32,000 bases of DNA from Halogeometricum borinquense DSM 11551 (GTDB lineage Archaea > Halobacteriota > Halobacteria > Halobacteriales > Haloferacaceae): positions 60,001-92,000 of the forward strand of contig NC_014732.1 in assembly GCF_000172995.2 (NCBI RefSeq), written 5' to 3'. Shown here piece after piece: positions 1 through 9,083 of this stretch (position 1 is its first letter; each line of letters begins with the position of its first letter). A program made the translations under genes and the position numbers. The notes under the pieces were generated by a model. It worked only from the letters and a program-made list of their open reading frames with translations, was not told the DNA's origin and did not search any database.

Positions 1-14
1 TCGAGAGCAGACAA

Positions 15-41
15 CAACAGCGGACACGGTGGTGTGGTTCG
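15..41 (+). repeat. ORB-like element, short class (outlying copy)
   Basis: CAACAGCGGACACGGTGGTGTGGTTCG; near-identical to the copies at 17547 and 19632. Confidence 0.5.
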
Positions 42-87
42 CGGCTTTCCATCGTCTCCCGACGAAGCTGTCGAGAGAACCGTCAGT

Positions 88-885
88 TTAGTCGCCGTCG
101 TCAGCAGATGACGCCGCTGAGGAGAACTGCGACCGCTCCACCGCATCAAGTTCCTCAAGTCCGAGTTCACCCCGCTCCGCTCGTATGAGGCGCTCAGCGC
201 GGTCGCGGTCTTCCGGATACCCAACGTCAACACGCCATCCATCACACGGAATTGCGGAGATAGTCCGGCCGGATCGGATGAGTAGATCGATGGCGTCCGG
301 GAGTTCGTACTCGCCGCGGTCGGAGGGTTGGACGAGGTTGCAGGCGTGGAAAATGGCGGGCGAGAACGTGTAAAAGCCCGTCATGACAAGGTTCGATTCG
401 GGATTGTCCGGTTTCTCGACGACTTCGACGATGTCGCCGTCGTCGTTCGTGACACAAACGCCGTATCGAGACGCCTCGTCCCACGGAACCTCTTCGACCA
501 AGAACGCCGCATCGGCGTGGTCGTCGTGCTGTCGCGCGACAACTTCGTCAAGGTTGGCCTCGAAGATGTTGTCGCCGAGCATCAGCATGAAGTCGTCGTC
601 AACGTGCTCTTCGGCGGTGAGTACGGCGTGTGCGAGACCGAGTGCCTCCCGTTGGTGGGCGTACGTGATCGGAATGTTGCGGTACTCGTCACCGAATCGG
701 GCGATAATCTGCTCTTTCCGGTGTCCGACGACGAGAATGAACTCATCGGCATCGAGTTCGGAGAGCGTATCAAGGCAGTGTTCGAGAATCGGTCGGCCGT
801 CAACTTCGACGAGCGCCTTCGGTTTATCGTTCGTCAGCGGTTGGAGACGGGTTCCCTTTCCAGCGGCGAGGACGACTGCTTTCAT
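88..885 (-). CDS. sugar-1-phosphate nucleotidylyltransferase (RmlA/AglF-like NTP-transferase)
   Basis: 265-aa ORF. It has the N-terminal nucleotide-binding loop VLAAGKGTRLQPLT plus DKPKALV, LGDNIF and VEKP motifs typical of glucose-1-phosphate thymidylyl/uridylyltransferases. Composition is acidic. Confidence 0.9.
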   Translation of the reverse strand: MKAVVLAAGKGTRLQPLTNDKPKALVEVDGRPILEHCLDTLSELDADEFILVVGHRKEQIIARFGDEYRNIPITYAHQREALGLAHAVLTAEEHVDDDFMLMLGDNIFEANLDEVVARQHDDHADAAFLVEEVPWDEASRYGVCVTNDDGDIVEVVEKPDNPESNLVMTGFYTFSPAIFHACNLVQPSDRGEYELPDAIDLLIRSGRTISAIPCDGWRVDVGYPEDRDRAERLIRAERGELGLEELDAVERSQFSSAASSADDGD

Positions 886-892
886 CAGAGAT

Positions 893-989
893 AGCTACGG
901 CTAGAGTACGGATTGTTATACCATATCTACAGCTAGAGCGCAGATTGTTATACGGCGGATAGCGGCGCGGCCCCCCGCGCCACATCCGC
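893..989. promoter_or_regulatory. two ~28-bp direct repeats plus a GC-rich extended hairpin just upstream of the NTP-transferase gene
   Basis: CTAGAGTACGGATTGTTATAC (901-921) and CTAGAGCGCAGATTGTTATAC (933-953). The hairpin is GCGGAT-agc-GGCGCGG-cccc-CCGCGCC-ac-ATCCGC (955-989). Confidence 0.45.
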
Positions 990-1196
990 TACTGTGCGGG
1001 TCGAACCCGTTCAGACGGTTTCAGGCAGACAGCTTGGTGTTCGAGCCAACGCGTCGCGGCAGCGAGCCGGGAGCATCCGAAATGCGACCACGTTGCCTGA
1101 ACAAGAATACAAATGTGCTAGAACATTATAAATAGTATTACACCAAATAGAGAAATACGCAACACCTGAAAGGGTTAGGCAGTGATTTGTGTCCGT

Positions 1197-2522
1197 TCAG
1201 GTCGTTATTTCTTCTTTCTCGATAAGACTAGTTACTTCCTCTAAAAGCGCGTCAGCTTTGGATTCCTGTCTCGCCTCGGCTGTCACGCGTACGAGCGGTT
1301 CGGTTCCGCTCGCTCGAACCAGGAGCCACCCGTCATCAGTATCAACGCGCACACCGTCTGTCGTATCGATGTCGTCGTATTTCGCGGAGAGAAGCCCGTC
1401 AATAGCCCGCATTGCGCTCGCTTTGTCATCAACCGGGAGACTCAGTCGCCGCGTGGTGTACCGAGACGCCGCGATATCGGCGACCTGCTCGGAGAGCGGT
1501 CCCTCGCGGCGAATCAAGTCTGCGAGCCGGAGCGCTGCATAGTTAGCATCGGGTGCGAGCGTCTGATCCGGCCAAATCCACGCGCCACTCGGTTCACCGC
1601 CGAAGACGAACCCGGACTGTGAGACGGCCTCGGCGATGTACACGTCACCGACAGGCGTGTAAACGACAGTCCCGCCCGCAGACGCCACCACGTCGGCGAC
1701 GAGGAGACTGGTATCGACCGGGACGGCGACAGAATCACCCGGAGAAACAGCGTCACGCGCAAAGAGCGCAAGAAGAACGTCGCCGGGAACGTACTCACCG
1801 GTGTCAGAGACGGCAACCATCCGGTCGGAATCGCCGTCGTGAGCGATTCCGAAATCCGCGTCTAGCGCAGGCACAGTTCGTTGGAGTGTTGTGAGCGTCT
1901 CAGCGTTCGGTTCACTCTTGCGCGCTGGGAAGGTGCCGTCGGGTTGCGCATCGAGCGTGTTCACGGTTGCACCGAGTTCGTAGAGGGCATCCACAGTTAC
2001 CCGCCCAGTGCCGTTACCGAGATCGACGACCGCATTCAACCCCGTCATCGAGTCGAACTCGTCCGTGATAGCTGAAACGTGACGTTCGACGGCGGAGCGG
2101 TCCGTGGACTCGCTTCCGAACGAGTCCCACGTCGCGCGCGCACTATCGTCGTTGTCGAGTCGTCGCTCGATACGCTCGTTCTGTGTCGGCGAGAACGCCT
2201 GTCCCGACTCGTTCCACAACTTGATGCCGTTGTCCGCTGCGGGATTGTGCGAGGCAGTGATGGCAACGCCAACGTCCGCTCCGAACCACTCGACGCTTCG
2301 CGCGATAGTCGGCGTAGCGGCAACACCGACGCGAATCACGTCGGTCCCACACTCGCGGAGACCGACACTGAGGGCGTCTGCGAGGACATCACCCGTAACG
2401 CGAGCATCCCGCCCAACGACAGCCCGGTCGGCTTCCACAGCGACTGCCTGTCCGATATGGAGTGCGAGGTCGGCGGTCACCGTCTCACCGACAGGTCCGC
2501 GAATACCGCTCGTTCCAAACAT
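1197..2522 (-). CDS. alpha-D-phosphohexomutase (phosphoglucosamine/phosphomannomutase type)
   Basis: 441 aa. All four family motifs are visible: TASHNPAADNGIK (active-site Ser), GIAHDGDSDR (Mg site), GGEPSG (sugar loop) and RASGTEPLVRV (phosphate loop). Confidence 0.92.
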   Translation of the reverse strand: MFGTSGIRGPVGETVTADLALHIGQAVAVEADRAVVGRDARVTGDVLADALSVGLRECGTDVIRVGVAATPTIARSVEWFGADVGVAITASHNPAADNGIKLWNESGQAFSPTQNERIERRLDNDDSARATWDSFGSESTDRSAVERHVSAITDEFDSMTGLNAVVDLGNGTGRVTVDALYELGATVNTLDAQPDGTFPARKSEPNAETLTTLQRTVPALDADFGIAHDGDSDRMVAVSDTGEYVPGDVLLALFARDAVSPGDSVAVPVDTSLLVADVVASAGGTVVYTPVGDVYIAEAVSQSGFVFGGEPSGAWIWPDQTLAPDANYAALRLADLIRREGPLSEQVADIAASRYTTRRLSLPVDDKASAMRAIDGLLSAKYDDIDTTDGVRVDTDDGWLLVRASGTEPLVRVTAEARQESKADALLEEVTSLIEKEEITT

Positions 2523-2676
2523 ACGAGACAGTCACCTCGGCTGACTGCATTGGTATGCGTCACCTATAGTCTCATCCGTAACGAGAGTAGTATCATCTGC
2601 AACAACAGCGCCAGGGACCAGCGCGAGTTCAAAGCGGGTGAGGACCGACGGACCGTGCCCGGAGCGGACGCGTCGG

Positions 2677-2997
2677 TCAGTTTGATCGTTGCCGAGCAAC
2701 GTCGGCACTAGGGACAATTTCCAAGCTGCCGTCGTTGTGGATCGTTATTTCGTAGCCCGTATACGAAAACGTAACATGCCCACTGCTATCTTCCGTAAAC
2801 AGGTTATCGAGTGCGTCAGGATCAATTGTCGTCGCCAGCGGCGGTAGTTCCGTCGGCTCCGTTTCTTCGATGGCCGCGATGGTCAGAACGATATTCGTAC
2901 TGATAAGTTCTGATTGCTCATGCTTGACATGATAGGAATTTGAACTATTGTCGTAGTTGATACGCTGTTCCCACCAACTCTCAGTCTGTGCTCTCAT
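2677..2997 (-). CDS. small HalOD1-like (halobacterial output domain 1) protein
   Basis: 106 aa. The pattern IAAIEETEPTELPPLATTIDPDALDNLF ... VTFSYTGYEITIHNDGSLEI matches HalOD1 as I remember it. Confidence 0.65.
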   Translation of the reverse strand: MRAQTESWWEQRINYDNSSNSYHVKHEQSELISTNIVLTIAAIEETEPTELPPLATTIDPDALDNLFTEDSSGHVTFSYTGYEITIHNDGSLEIVPSADVARQRSN

Positions 2998-3227
2998 CTA
3001 TACGATATTCTGCGAGTTCATTCGATTTCACATAAGCCTTTATGTTCCATGAGGTGACGGAATAGTCGGTTTAACTGAATATTGAAAAGGTGGTGTCAGA
3101 TAGAAATAACAAGCTGAAGTATAATTTTCATGATTTTAGTTATACGTTATCTAACGAAACACTCGGAGACGAAGTGCCGGCCCGATAGCAGACCGGAGCG
3201 TCGAACTGACCGACAGGTAGTTATCCA

Positions 3228-3806
3228 ATGGCGTTCGAGAGTACGGCGATGTGGCCCTGGGGACATCTCGCGTTCGCCTACGTGCTCTACTCGTCGTTCT
3301 TTCGTCTCCGGTACCGACTGCCGCCGACGTGGCCGGGAGTCGCGCTGTTAGCGCTCGGTTCGCAGGCGCCTGACCTCATTGACAAGCCGTTGGCGTGGAC
3401 GCTCAGCCTCCTCCCGAGCGGCCGGTCGTTCGCTCATTCGCTCGTCCTCGGGGCGGTCATCGTCGTCGTCGCCGTTGCTATCATTCGAAGGCTGGACTTA
3501 CCCGGCGAAAAAGCGTTTGTCATCGGGTACTACTCACATCTTGTCGGAGACAGCTACCGATCAGTTCTCACAGGGAAATTCCACGAACTTGCCTTCCTCC
3601 TGTGGCCGTTCGCGCCGCTGAACACCGGTGACGAGCCGACCGTCGGTATCGTCCACTACCTTTTGCATGTTCAACTGGATGGACAAGTCGTGATGGAACT
3701 CGGATTTGCGGGCGTCGTCGTCCTCTGGTGGGTTCTCGACGGTGCGCCGGGTGTGACAGCAGTGTGGAACGCGATGCGTCGCCGAATCACCCGACCGGCA
3801 AGCTAA
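3228..3806 (+). CDS. membrane-bound metal-dependent hydrolase-like protein (YdjM/DUF457 type)
   Basis: 192 aa with several hydrophobic segments. It has an N-terminal WPWGHLAFAY and later HS...GD-type His/Asp residues, as in DUF457 membrane hydrolases. Confidence 0.6.
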   Translation: MAFESTAMWPWGHLAFAYVLYSSFFRLRYRLPPTWPGVALLALGSQAPDLIDKPLAWTLSLLPSGRSFAHSLVLGAVIVVVAVAIIRRLDLPGEKAFVIGYYSHLVGDSYRSVLTGKFHELAFLLWPFAPLNTGDEPTVGIVHYLLHVQLDGQVVMELGFAGVVVLWWVLDGAPGVTAVWNAMRRRITRPAS

Positions 3807-3881
3807 CTAATTTATTGAGATTCAATTATTTGTGAAATTACATCGATCATAATAATCTGGTGTGGATTCGTACTGGAGGAC

Positions 3882-5168
3882 ATGCACGTCGTCCTCGTCA
3901 CTGCGTCCGCCGTACGTCACGACCACGTCCACGCGGGGAATGGACAAATACACAGTTCACTTCCAACGCTCTCCCGTCTCGCGGATGATGCGACAGTGTT
4001 CTCGCGGGCATACACGAGTTCACCGGACCACGAATCGACCCTTCGAGCGATACTGACGGGGACCCATCCGACAAGGGATCTGGGCGTCGTTCCGACGTTG
4101 GTTGATACCATCGCTGAGTCGGGGTGGGAAACGGGACTGTTTCACGGCGATTCGGACGGTCCGCTCACCTCGTGGGGGTTCGAGGTTCCCGACGAATCGA
4201 CCACGCACAGCACGACCGAACAGTTCCGACAAATGCTCGGACAGAAGATAACAGCGGAGACAACACTCGGGGGACTGCTGGAACGCGGAGACCGATTGCT
4301 CGGATCGTCACTCGGCATTCGTCTCACTTCGTCGCCGACGCACGCCGGCGAAGCCGTGACGGAACGTGCGCTGTCATGGCTTACTGAGACGACAGAACCA
4401 CAGTTCCTGTGGGTTCATTACGACGACGCGGCGGCACCGCACGTTCCGCGCGAAGGGACGGTAAGCGACGACATCGACAAGCGGACGGCGACGAAGCTCG
4501 CGTACGCCACCGAGAACGCGCCGGAAACGCTCACAGATGACGAACAGGAAACACTCAACACGCTGTATCGGGGCGAACTCGAACACCTCGATCAGTGCCT
4601 CGGTCAACTGTTCGACGGCATACAGTCACGTCTCGATGCGAACGAAACTGTGACGGCGTTCGCGGGGACAAGCGGGTGTCCGTTGGGCGAACACGGGACG
4701 TGGTACGAGACGACGAGCGATTTCCACGACGAATCGGTTCGCGTCCCCTTGTTCATTCACGGACCGGAGTTCGACGCCGAAACAGTGGAGTTTGCCGCCT
4801 CGTCCGTGGACATTCTGCCGACGCTTCTCGCCGCAGTCGGCGTCAAGTACGACCAACAGCGCGGTGGGTCCGACCTCCGGACGTTCATGGGTCGTCGTGT
4901 GACCGAACGGCAGGTGTTCGCTGCAAGCGGCAATGCGCTGTCAGAGGCGATGGTCTGTAACAGTCGGTGGAAACTGGCGCGGGCACTCCGTGAAGGTCGT
5001 GAGACGCTGTTCGACCACGGTGACGACCCCAAAGAACGCCGTGACCGCTCCAGTGAGAACCTGCCTGTCCACCGCGCTCTCTCGCACGCCCTGGACTGCT
5101 TCGTCGAAAACCGACGGACGCAACAAACGGAATCGTCCCACCGCGTCACAGCGTCCGGCGAACGCTGA
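3882..5168 (+). CDS. sulfatase-fold (alkaline phosphatase superfamily) protein, catalytically degenerate
   Basis: 428 aa. Sulfatase-family landmarks are conserved (RAILTGTHP, FLWVHYDD..PH.P, LGEHG, VRVPLFIHGP, SSVDILPTLL). The metal and nucleophile positions are substituted: VTASAVRHDH replaces DD/DS, His sits at the Cys/Ser/Thr nucleophile position, and TSGCPLGEHG replaces SDHG. Confidence 0.8.
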   Translation: MHVVLVTASAVRHDHVHAGNGQIHSSLPTLSRLADDATVFSRAYTSSPDHESTLRAILTGTHPTRDLGVVPTLVDTIAESGWETGLFHGDSDGPLTSWGFEVPDESTTHSTTEQFRQMLGQKITAETTLGGLLERGDRLLGSSLGIRLTSSPTHAGEAVTERALSWLTETTEPQFLWVHYDDAAAPHVPREGTVSDDIDKRTATKLAYATENAPETLTDDEQETLNTLYRGELEHLDQCLGQLFDGIQSRLDANETVTAFAGTSGCPLGEHGTWYETTSDFHDESVRVPLFIHGPEFDAETVEFAASSVDILPTLLAAVGVKYDQQRGGSDLRTFMGRRVTERQVFAASGNALSEAMVCNSRWKLARALREGRETLFDHGDDPKERRDRSSENLPVHRALSHALDCFVENRRTQQTESSHRVTASGER

Positions 5169-5432
5169 CGTTACGTGCGCCATAAAACCGCTCAGGAGCG
5201 ACCAAGCCGTCGTTCTGAACCCGTTTATCGACATTCAGCTTTAGAAGAAATTCACGTTATGTTACTATTTTTCACCAAAAGATATTTGTAATTAACACAC
5301 GATTAATCAGGTGGATGGCGCAAAACACCGCAGTTGGCAGCGCTCTGGGGGATGAAGCAGGCCGTCAGCCGTCCGGGTTCGTCCACGCGCCCGAGTCCGG
5401 GCGGATAGCCACTACCCGAGGATGGGCTATAG

Positions 5433-5506
5433 TAGCGTCTGCAAGTCTTCGCTCACGTGACTGCACAAGGTCGTGCGGTCGGGTGAGTAATCAGTTGCAG
5501 ACGCTA
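5433..5506. repeat. 12-bp perfect inverted repeat with 50-bp spacer in a 0.5-kb gene-free gap
   Basis: TAGCGTCTGCAA (5433-5444) and TTGCAGACGCTA (5495-5506). Confidence 0.6.
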
Positions 5507-5696
5507 CGATACCGCTCACTGCGGCGGGTCATCGCGCTATCCACTGCTGCGTCGGGTCCGCCGGTCGAACGCAGCGACCATATCGCCAGCAGAACAAGCC
5601 GCAACCGCCACTTCGTCAGGTCACCGACGGCAGCCGCTGGGCTCTGTTGGTCTCCAGTAGTATCCAGAACCGTGTATCGGACTACGTAGTACCGAC

Positions 5697-6965
5697 TCAG
5701 ACCGTCGAGAGTTCCGTACTGCGACGAGACGGCTCCGAACTGTTATCGAGCGTGCGATAACACGCACAAAGCGATTCTCCCGCGGTATCCCAACAGTAAC
5801 GGGTTTCGACCGCACGACGGCCGTTCTCGCCGAGCCGACGTGCGCGCTCGTGGTCTGTAGCGAGTTCGACGAATGCGAGTGCAAAGCCAGCCGGATCGTC
5901 AGCGCGGACGACGACTCCGGCGTCGGCGTCTTCGACGACACGGCGGAGCGGTTCCACATCAGTGACGACGACGGGCCGTGACATCGCCATATACTGGAAC
6001 AGTTTGTGCGGGACCGTCGTCTCCGTGTGTCCCGTTGATTGGTGCGGGACGAGACAGACGTCGCTTGCGTCGATATATGAGGGTACGTCCTCGAAGGGGA
6101 CACGGCCCGTGAACGTGACGTGATCTCCGATTCCGAGGTCGGTGACGATAGATTCGAGGTGACTGCGGTACTCTTGGCCGTTCCCGACGATAACGAGATG
6201 TGCGCTCGGGACTCGCTCTACGACGGCCGGCATCGAGCGGACGACCGCATCGAGTCCGCGGTGAGGACCGCCGAGGGTACCGACGTAGGAGATAACGAAA
6301 TCGTCTTCGAATCCCACGTCGCGGAGTTCGGCGTCGTCGAATGTTTCCAAGGAAACGTAGTTCGAGACAATATCTACCTTCGAGGCGTCGATTCCGCAGT
6401 CTCTGACGTAGTGGGCTGCCGCCTCTTCGGTGACAGCGATAACCCGGTCAGCGCGTTGGACGGCGTCGCGTTCGATTCGCTTCCAGCGGAGAACCGGACG
6501 TGTGAGGCGACGAGCGACGTACCGGAAATTTGTGAACGAGTCGAGTGAGTCGCCGCGACGGTACTGTTTGACGGCTTCGGGCCAGTTCTCGTGAAGATCT
6601 GCGACGACCGGGAGGTCGTGTTTCTCGCCCGCAGCGAGTGCCGTATGGACCATCGGGAGATCATGCGCGTGAAGCGCCTCGATTCCCTCAGTGGGGACGA
6701 TATCGTCTAACGCGTGAACCCACGACTCGACGACGTTAGTGACGAGAGTTCGTGTCCCAGCGGCGACGCCGTCGAGACCCGCGTACGCCGCTTGAAACGG
6801 GCGGCGGATGACGGTCGCCGAACCAACCTCCTCGCGGTCGGGAAGGTCCTCGTCGGCCTCCGACAGGATGTAAACAGTGTGACCGTCGGCGGCCAACGAC
6901 TCGACCTCTTTTGCGAGACGGATGTCGGTTGGATAGACCGCGTTCAGGAGCATGCAGATGCGCAT
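5697..6965 (-). CDS. GT4-family (group 1) glycosyltransferase
   Basis: The ORF track starts at a TTG at 6983; the ATG at 6965 (MRICMLLNAVYP...) is the more likely start. It has a two-Rossmann GT-B layout with the C-terminal motif FTGRVP....Y....DVCLVPH....E...PHKLFQYMAMSRPVVVT. Confidence 0.88.
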   Translation of the reverse strand: MRICMLLNAVYPTDIRLAKEVESLAADGHTVYILSEADEDLPDREEVGSATVIRRPFQAAYAGLDGVAAGTRTLVTNVVESWVHALDDIVPTEGIEALHAHDLPMVHTALAAGEKHDLPVVADLHENWPEAVKQYRRGDSLDSFTNFRYVARRLTRPVLRWKRIERDAVQRADRVIAVTEEAAAHYVRDCGIDASKVDIVSNYVSLETFDDAELRDVGFEDDFVISYVGTLGGPHRGLDAVVRSMPAVVERVPSAHLVIVGNGQEYRSHLESIVTDLGIGDHVTFTGRVPFEDVPSYIDASDVCLVPHQSTGHTETTVPHKLFQYMAMSRPVVVTDVEPLRRVVEDADAGVVVRADDPAGFALAFVELATDHERARRLGENGRRAVETRYCWDTAGESLCACYRTLDNSSEPSRRSTELSTV

Positions 6966-7112
6966 CGCTGGTACCTGCCACAACCGGTGACGAATAAAAC
7001 GTTACGCAGGTTAGGAACCGTGAACTCGTTCGACAGAACGTTCGCCGCCGCATAATTAAGTCCGATTCGCCAGTGAAGACAGTATACCCCGCCGCCACAC
7101 GGCGCGACACCC

Positions 7113-8951
7113 ATGTCAGAAACCACAACAATCTCCGAGCCGACCACGTCGAACGATATCCGAGAAGAACGCCTCGAACGGTGGGTAAAACAACCGCCAG
7201 TCGGACCGAACATGCAGTATCTCCGCGACGCCGAACGGGTCGCCGCACTCGATCATCTCGGTCACCGCGACACAGTGTTAGATCTCGCCTCCGAATCAAC
7301 ACTGACGGCCGGTATCGACGCTGACGAGGTCGTCCGCCTCGACTTCTCGGCCGACGCCAGCGAGACGGCCCGCGAGGAACTCGGTGACCGCGTCGATACC
7401 TACGAAGTGACGGAACCAGAAGCACCGCGCTTGCCGTTTCCGGACAACCACTTTGACGGGGCAGTCTGCATCGGCCCTTACGACTGGAAGTTCCTCGACG
7501 TGGCCGGTCTAACCGACGAAGTACACCGCGTCACGACAGCCGACGGACTCTATGTCTTCTCCGTTCCGACACCGCGGTCACCCTACGCGGTAAACGGAAA
7601 CAACCGCTTCTACGAACCCGAGGAAGCACTCGACATTATCTCGCCGGAGTGGACACTCACGGACTACGACCTCCTGTTTCAGTATCCCCGCCCCCTCCAC
7701 CTCGGAATCAACTCCCTGCCAGAGAGCCTTCAAGAGCGATTCGTCACCGTTTCCGAACGACTCACAGAACAGTTGACCGAACGCGAGATGTGGCATCGCG
7801 CGTCCTATATCGTCCTCGCGGCGCGGCCGATGAAGTTCAAGTCGTACCTTCAACGGGGCGTTGAGTCGCTGTTCCGGCCGACCGGAGAGAACGGCTTCTG
7901 GGATGAGGTTACCGACTCCATTATCCGCGCACTGAACTACGAGATAGACGGTGACTCGGTAACGTGGTCACGCGACGAGAGCCGAGAGTGGCGCTACGCC
8001 ACGATGGCGATGATGGGCGTGCTGAACTGGCGGGCGTCGTCCGTCGGATCGGACCGCCACGACAAGAAAATTCACCGCGAGTTCGAGTACTTCGACGAGC
8101 ATATCGCGTCGGGCGAACTCCTGAACGAGATGCCGAGTTACGGACTCGGCCCGCTCCTCTCGGTTTACGCGACGGCCGCGACCGTGTTCGATGAGAAGCG
8201 CGAGTCGTACCTCGACTCGGCGCGGACGTTGTTCGATCACGCCGTGGAGACGGTCGAGTTTGACCACGCCGAAGACAGTCTCGTTCTCTACGGCGCGACG
8301 TATCTCCTCGAAGCGGATCCAACAGACGAACGGGTTCGGGCGTTCGTCAAGCGCGGCCTCTCCGAAATATCCGACCGTCGTGCTACCGAGGGACTGTTCC
8401 ATTTCGACAATGCGACGACGCGACGACACCAAAACCAGATGTACACCTGTTGGGCGCTCGCGCGCGCCATCGAAGTGACCGGACAGACGGGCTACCTCAC
8501 TGACGTGGAGTCGGCTCTCGATTACACCATCGAGCATCGGATGCGCAAAGACGGCGCATTCATCTGGGAGGATCTGCCGTTCTACGCCCGAATCCCCGGC
8601 GAGATTCGGAATCGGCTCACCGAACGGACGCCGTACTGGCAGTATCTATACGAGTGCCACCAGACGTTCTTCGTCAACGCCGTCGCACATTACTACGACG
8701 CGGGTGGCGAGAACGACTATACACAGGCGGTGCGCCGCGCGATGGCGTGGATATTCGAGACAAACGGCACTGGCCGTGATCTCGTTGACGTGTCGGGTAT
8801 CGGCGTCCCGATGCGGCAGGTGACAGTAGACGGGCGGATGGACAACCGACAGTTCACCAGTGGATGGCGCGACCAACAGTACAAAGGAACGTACGAAGTC
8901 GGCTCCTACGTGATGGCGCTGACGCATCTCCTCGACGGCACCATCAACTGA
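7113..8951 (+). CDS. fusion protein: N-terminal class-I methyltransferase-like domain plus large C-terminal all-helical (alpha/alpha-toroid-like) domain
   Basis: 612 aa. Residues ~40-170 resemble a type-11 SAM methyltransferase (VLDLASES..., FPDNHFDGAVCIGPYDW, DGLYVFSVP). Residues ~240-612 show repeated helix-hairpin signatures (HQNQMYTCWALARA, CHQTFFVNAVAHYY, YEVGSYVMALTHLL) reminiscent of six-hairpin barrels. Confidence 0.75.
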   Translation: MSETTTISEPTTSNDIREERLERWVKQPPVGPNMQYLRDAERVAALDHLGHRDTVLDLASESTLTAGIDADEVVRLDFSADASETAREELGDRVDTYEVTEPEAPRLPFPDNHFDGAVCIGPYDWKFLDVAGLTDEVHRVTTADGLYVFSVPTPRSPYAVNGNNRFYEPEEALDIISPEWTLTDYDLLFQYPRPLHLGINSLPESLQERFVTVSERLTEQLTEREMWHRASYIVLAARPMKFKSYLQRGVESLFRPTGENGFWDEVTDSIIRALNYEIDGDSVTWSRDESREWRYATMAMMGVLNWRASSVGSDRHDKKIHREFEYFDEHIASGELLNEMPSYGLGPLLSVYATAATVFDEKRESYLDSARTLFDHAVETVEFDHAEDSLVLYGATYLLEADPTDERVRAFVKRGLSEISDRRATEGLFHFDNATTRRHQNQMYTCWALARAIEVTGQTGYLTDVESALDYTIEHRMRKDGAFIWEDLPFYARIPGEIRNRLTERTPYWQYLYECHQTFFVNAVAHYYDAGGENDYTQAVRRAMAWIFETNGTGRDLVDVSGIGVPMRQVTVDGRMDNRQFTSGWRDQQYKGTYEVGSYVMALTHLLDGTIN

Positions 8952-9083
8952 ATGGCTGAACCGATCTGCCAAGTGGGCTGCTACGCCGAGTACTAGAATG
9001 CCTCGATTCAGGCGACAGCGGCGTCTTCGAAGAATAGCCCGCCCATAACTATCCCGGGAGGGGCCGTCCCAACGGCCACTACG

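Noticed and set aside
328-904. 188-aa and 173-aa + strand ORFs over the NTP-transferase gene
   Set aside because: They are antisense to a gene with unmistakable nucleotidyltransferase motifs, and their translations are low-complexity.
5315-5689. 124-aa + strand ORF in the gap between the sulfatase-like and GT4 genes
   Set aside because: Its composition is basic and Arg/Ser/Ala-rich, unlike any credible protein here, and no motif is visible. The region is kept only as an unexplained gap.
6736-7425. 229-aa Arg-rich minus-strand ORF spanning the GT4/methyltransferase divergent promoter
   Set aside because: It crosses an intergenic promoter region and overlaps two well-supported genes. Its extreme Arg content marks it as an off-frame artefact.
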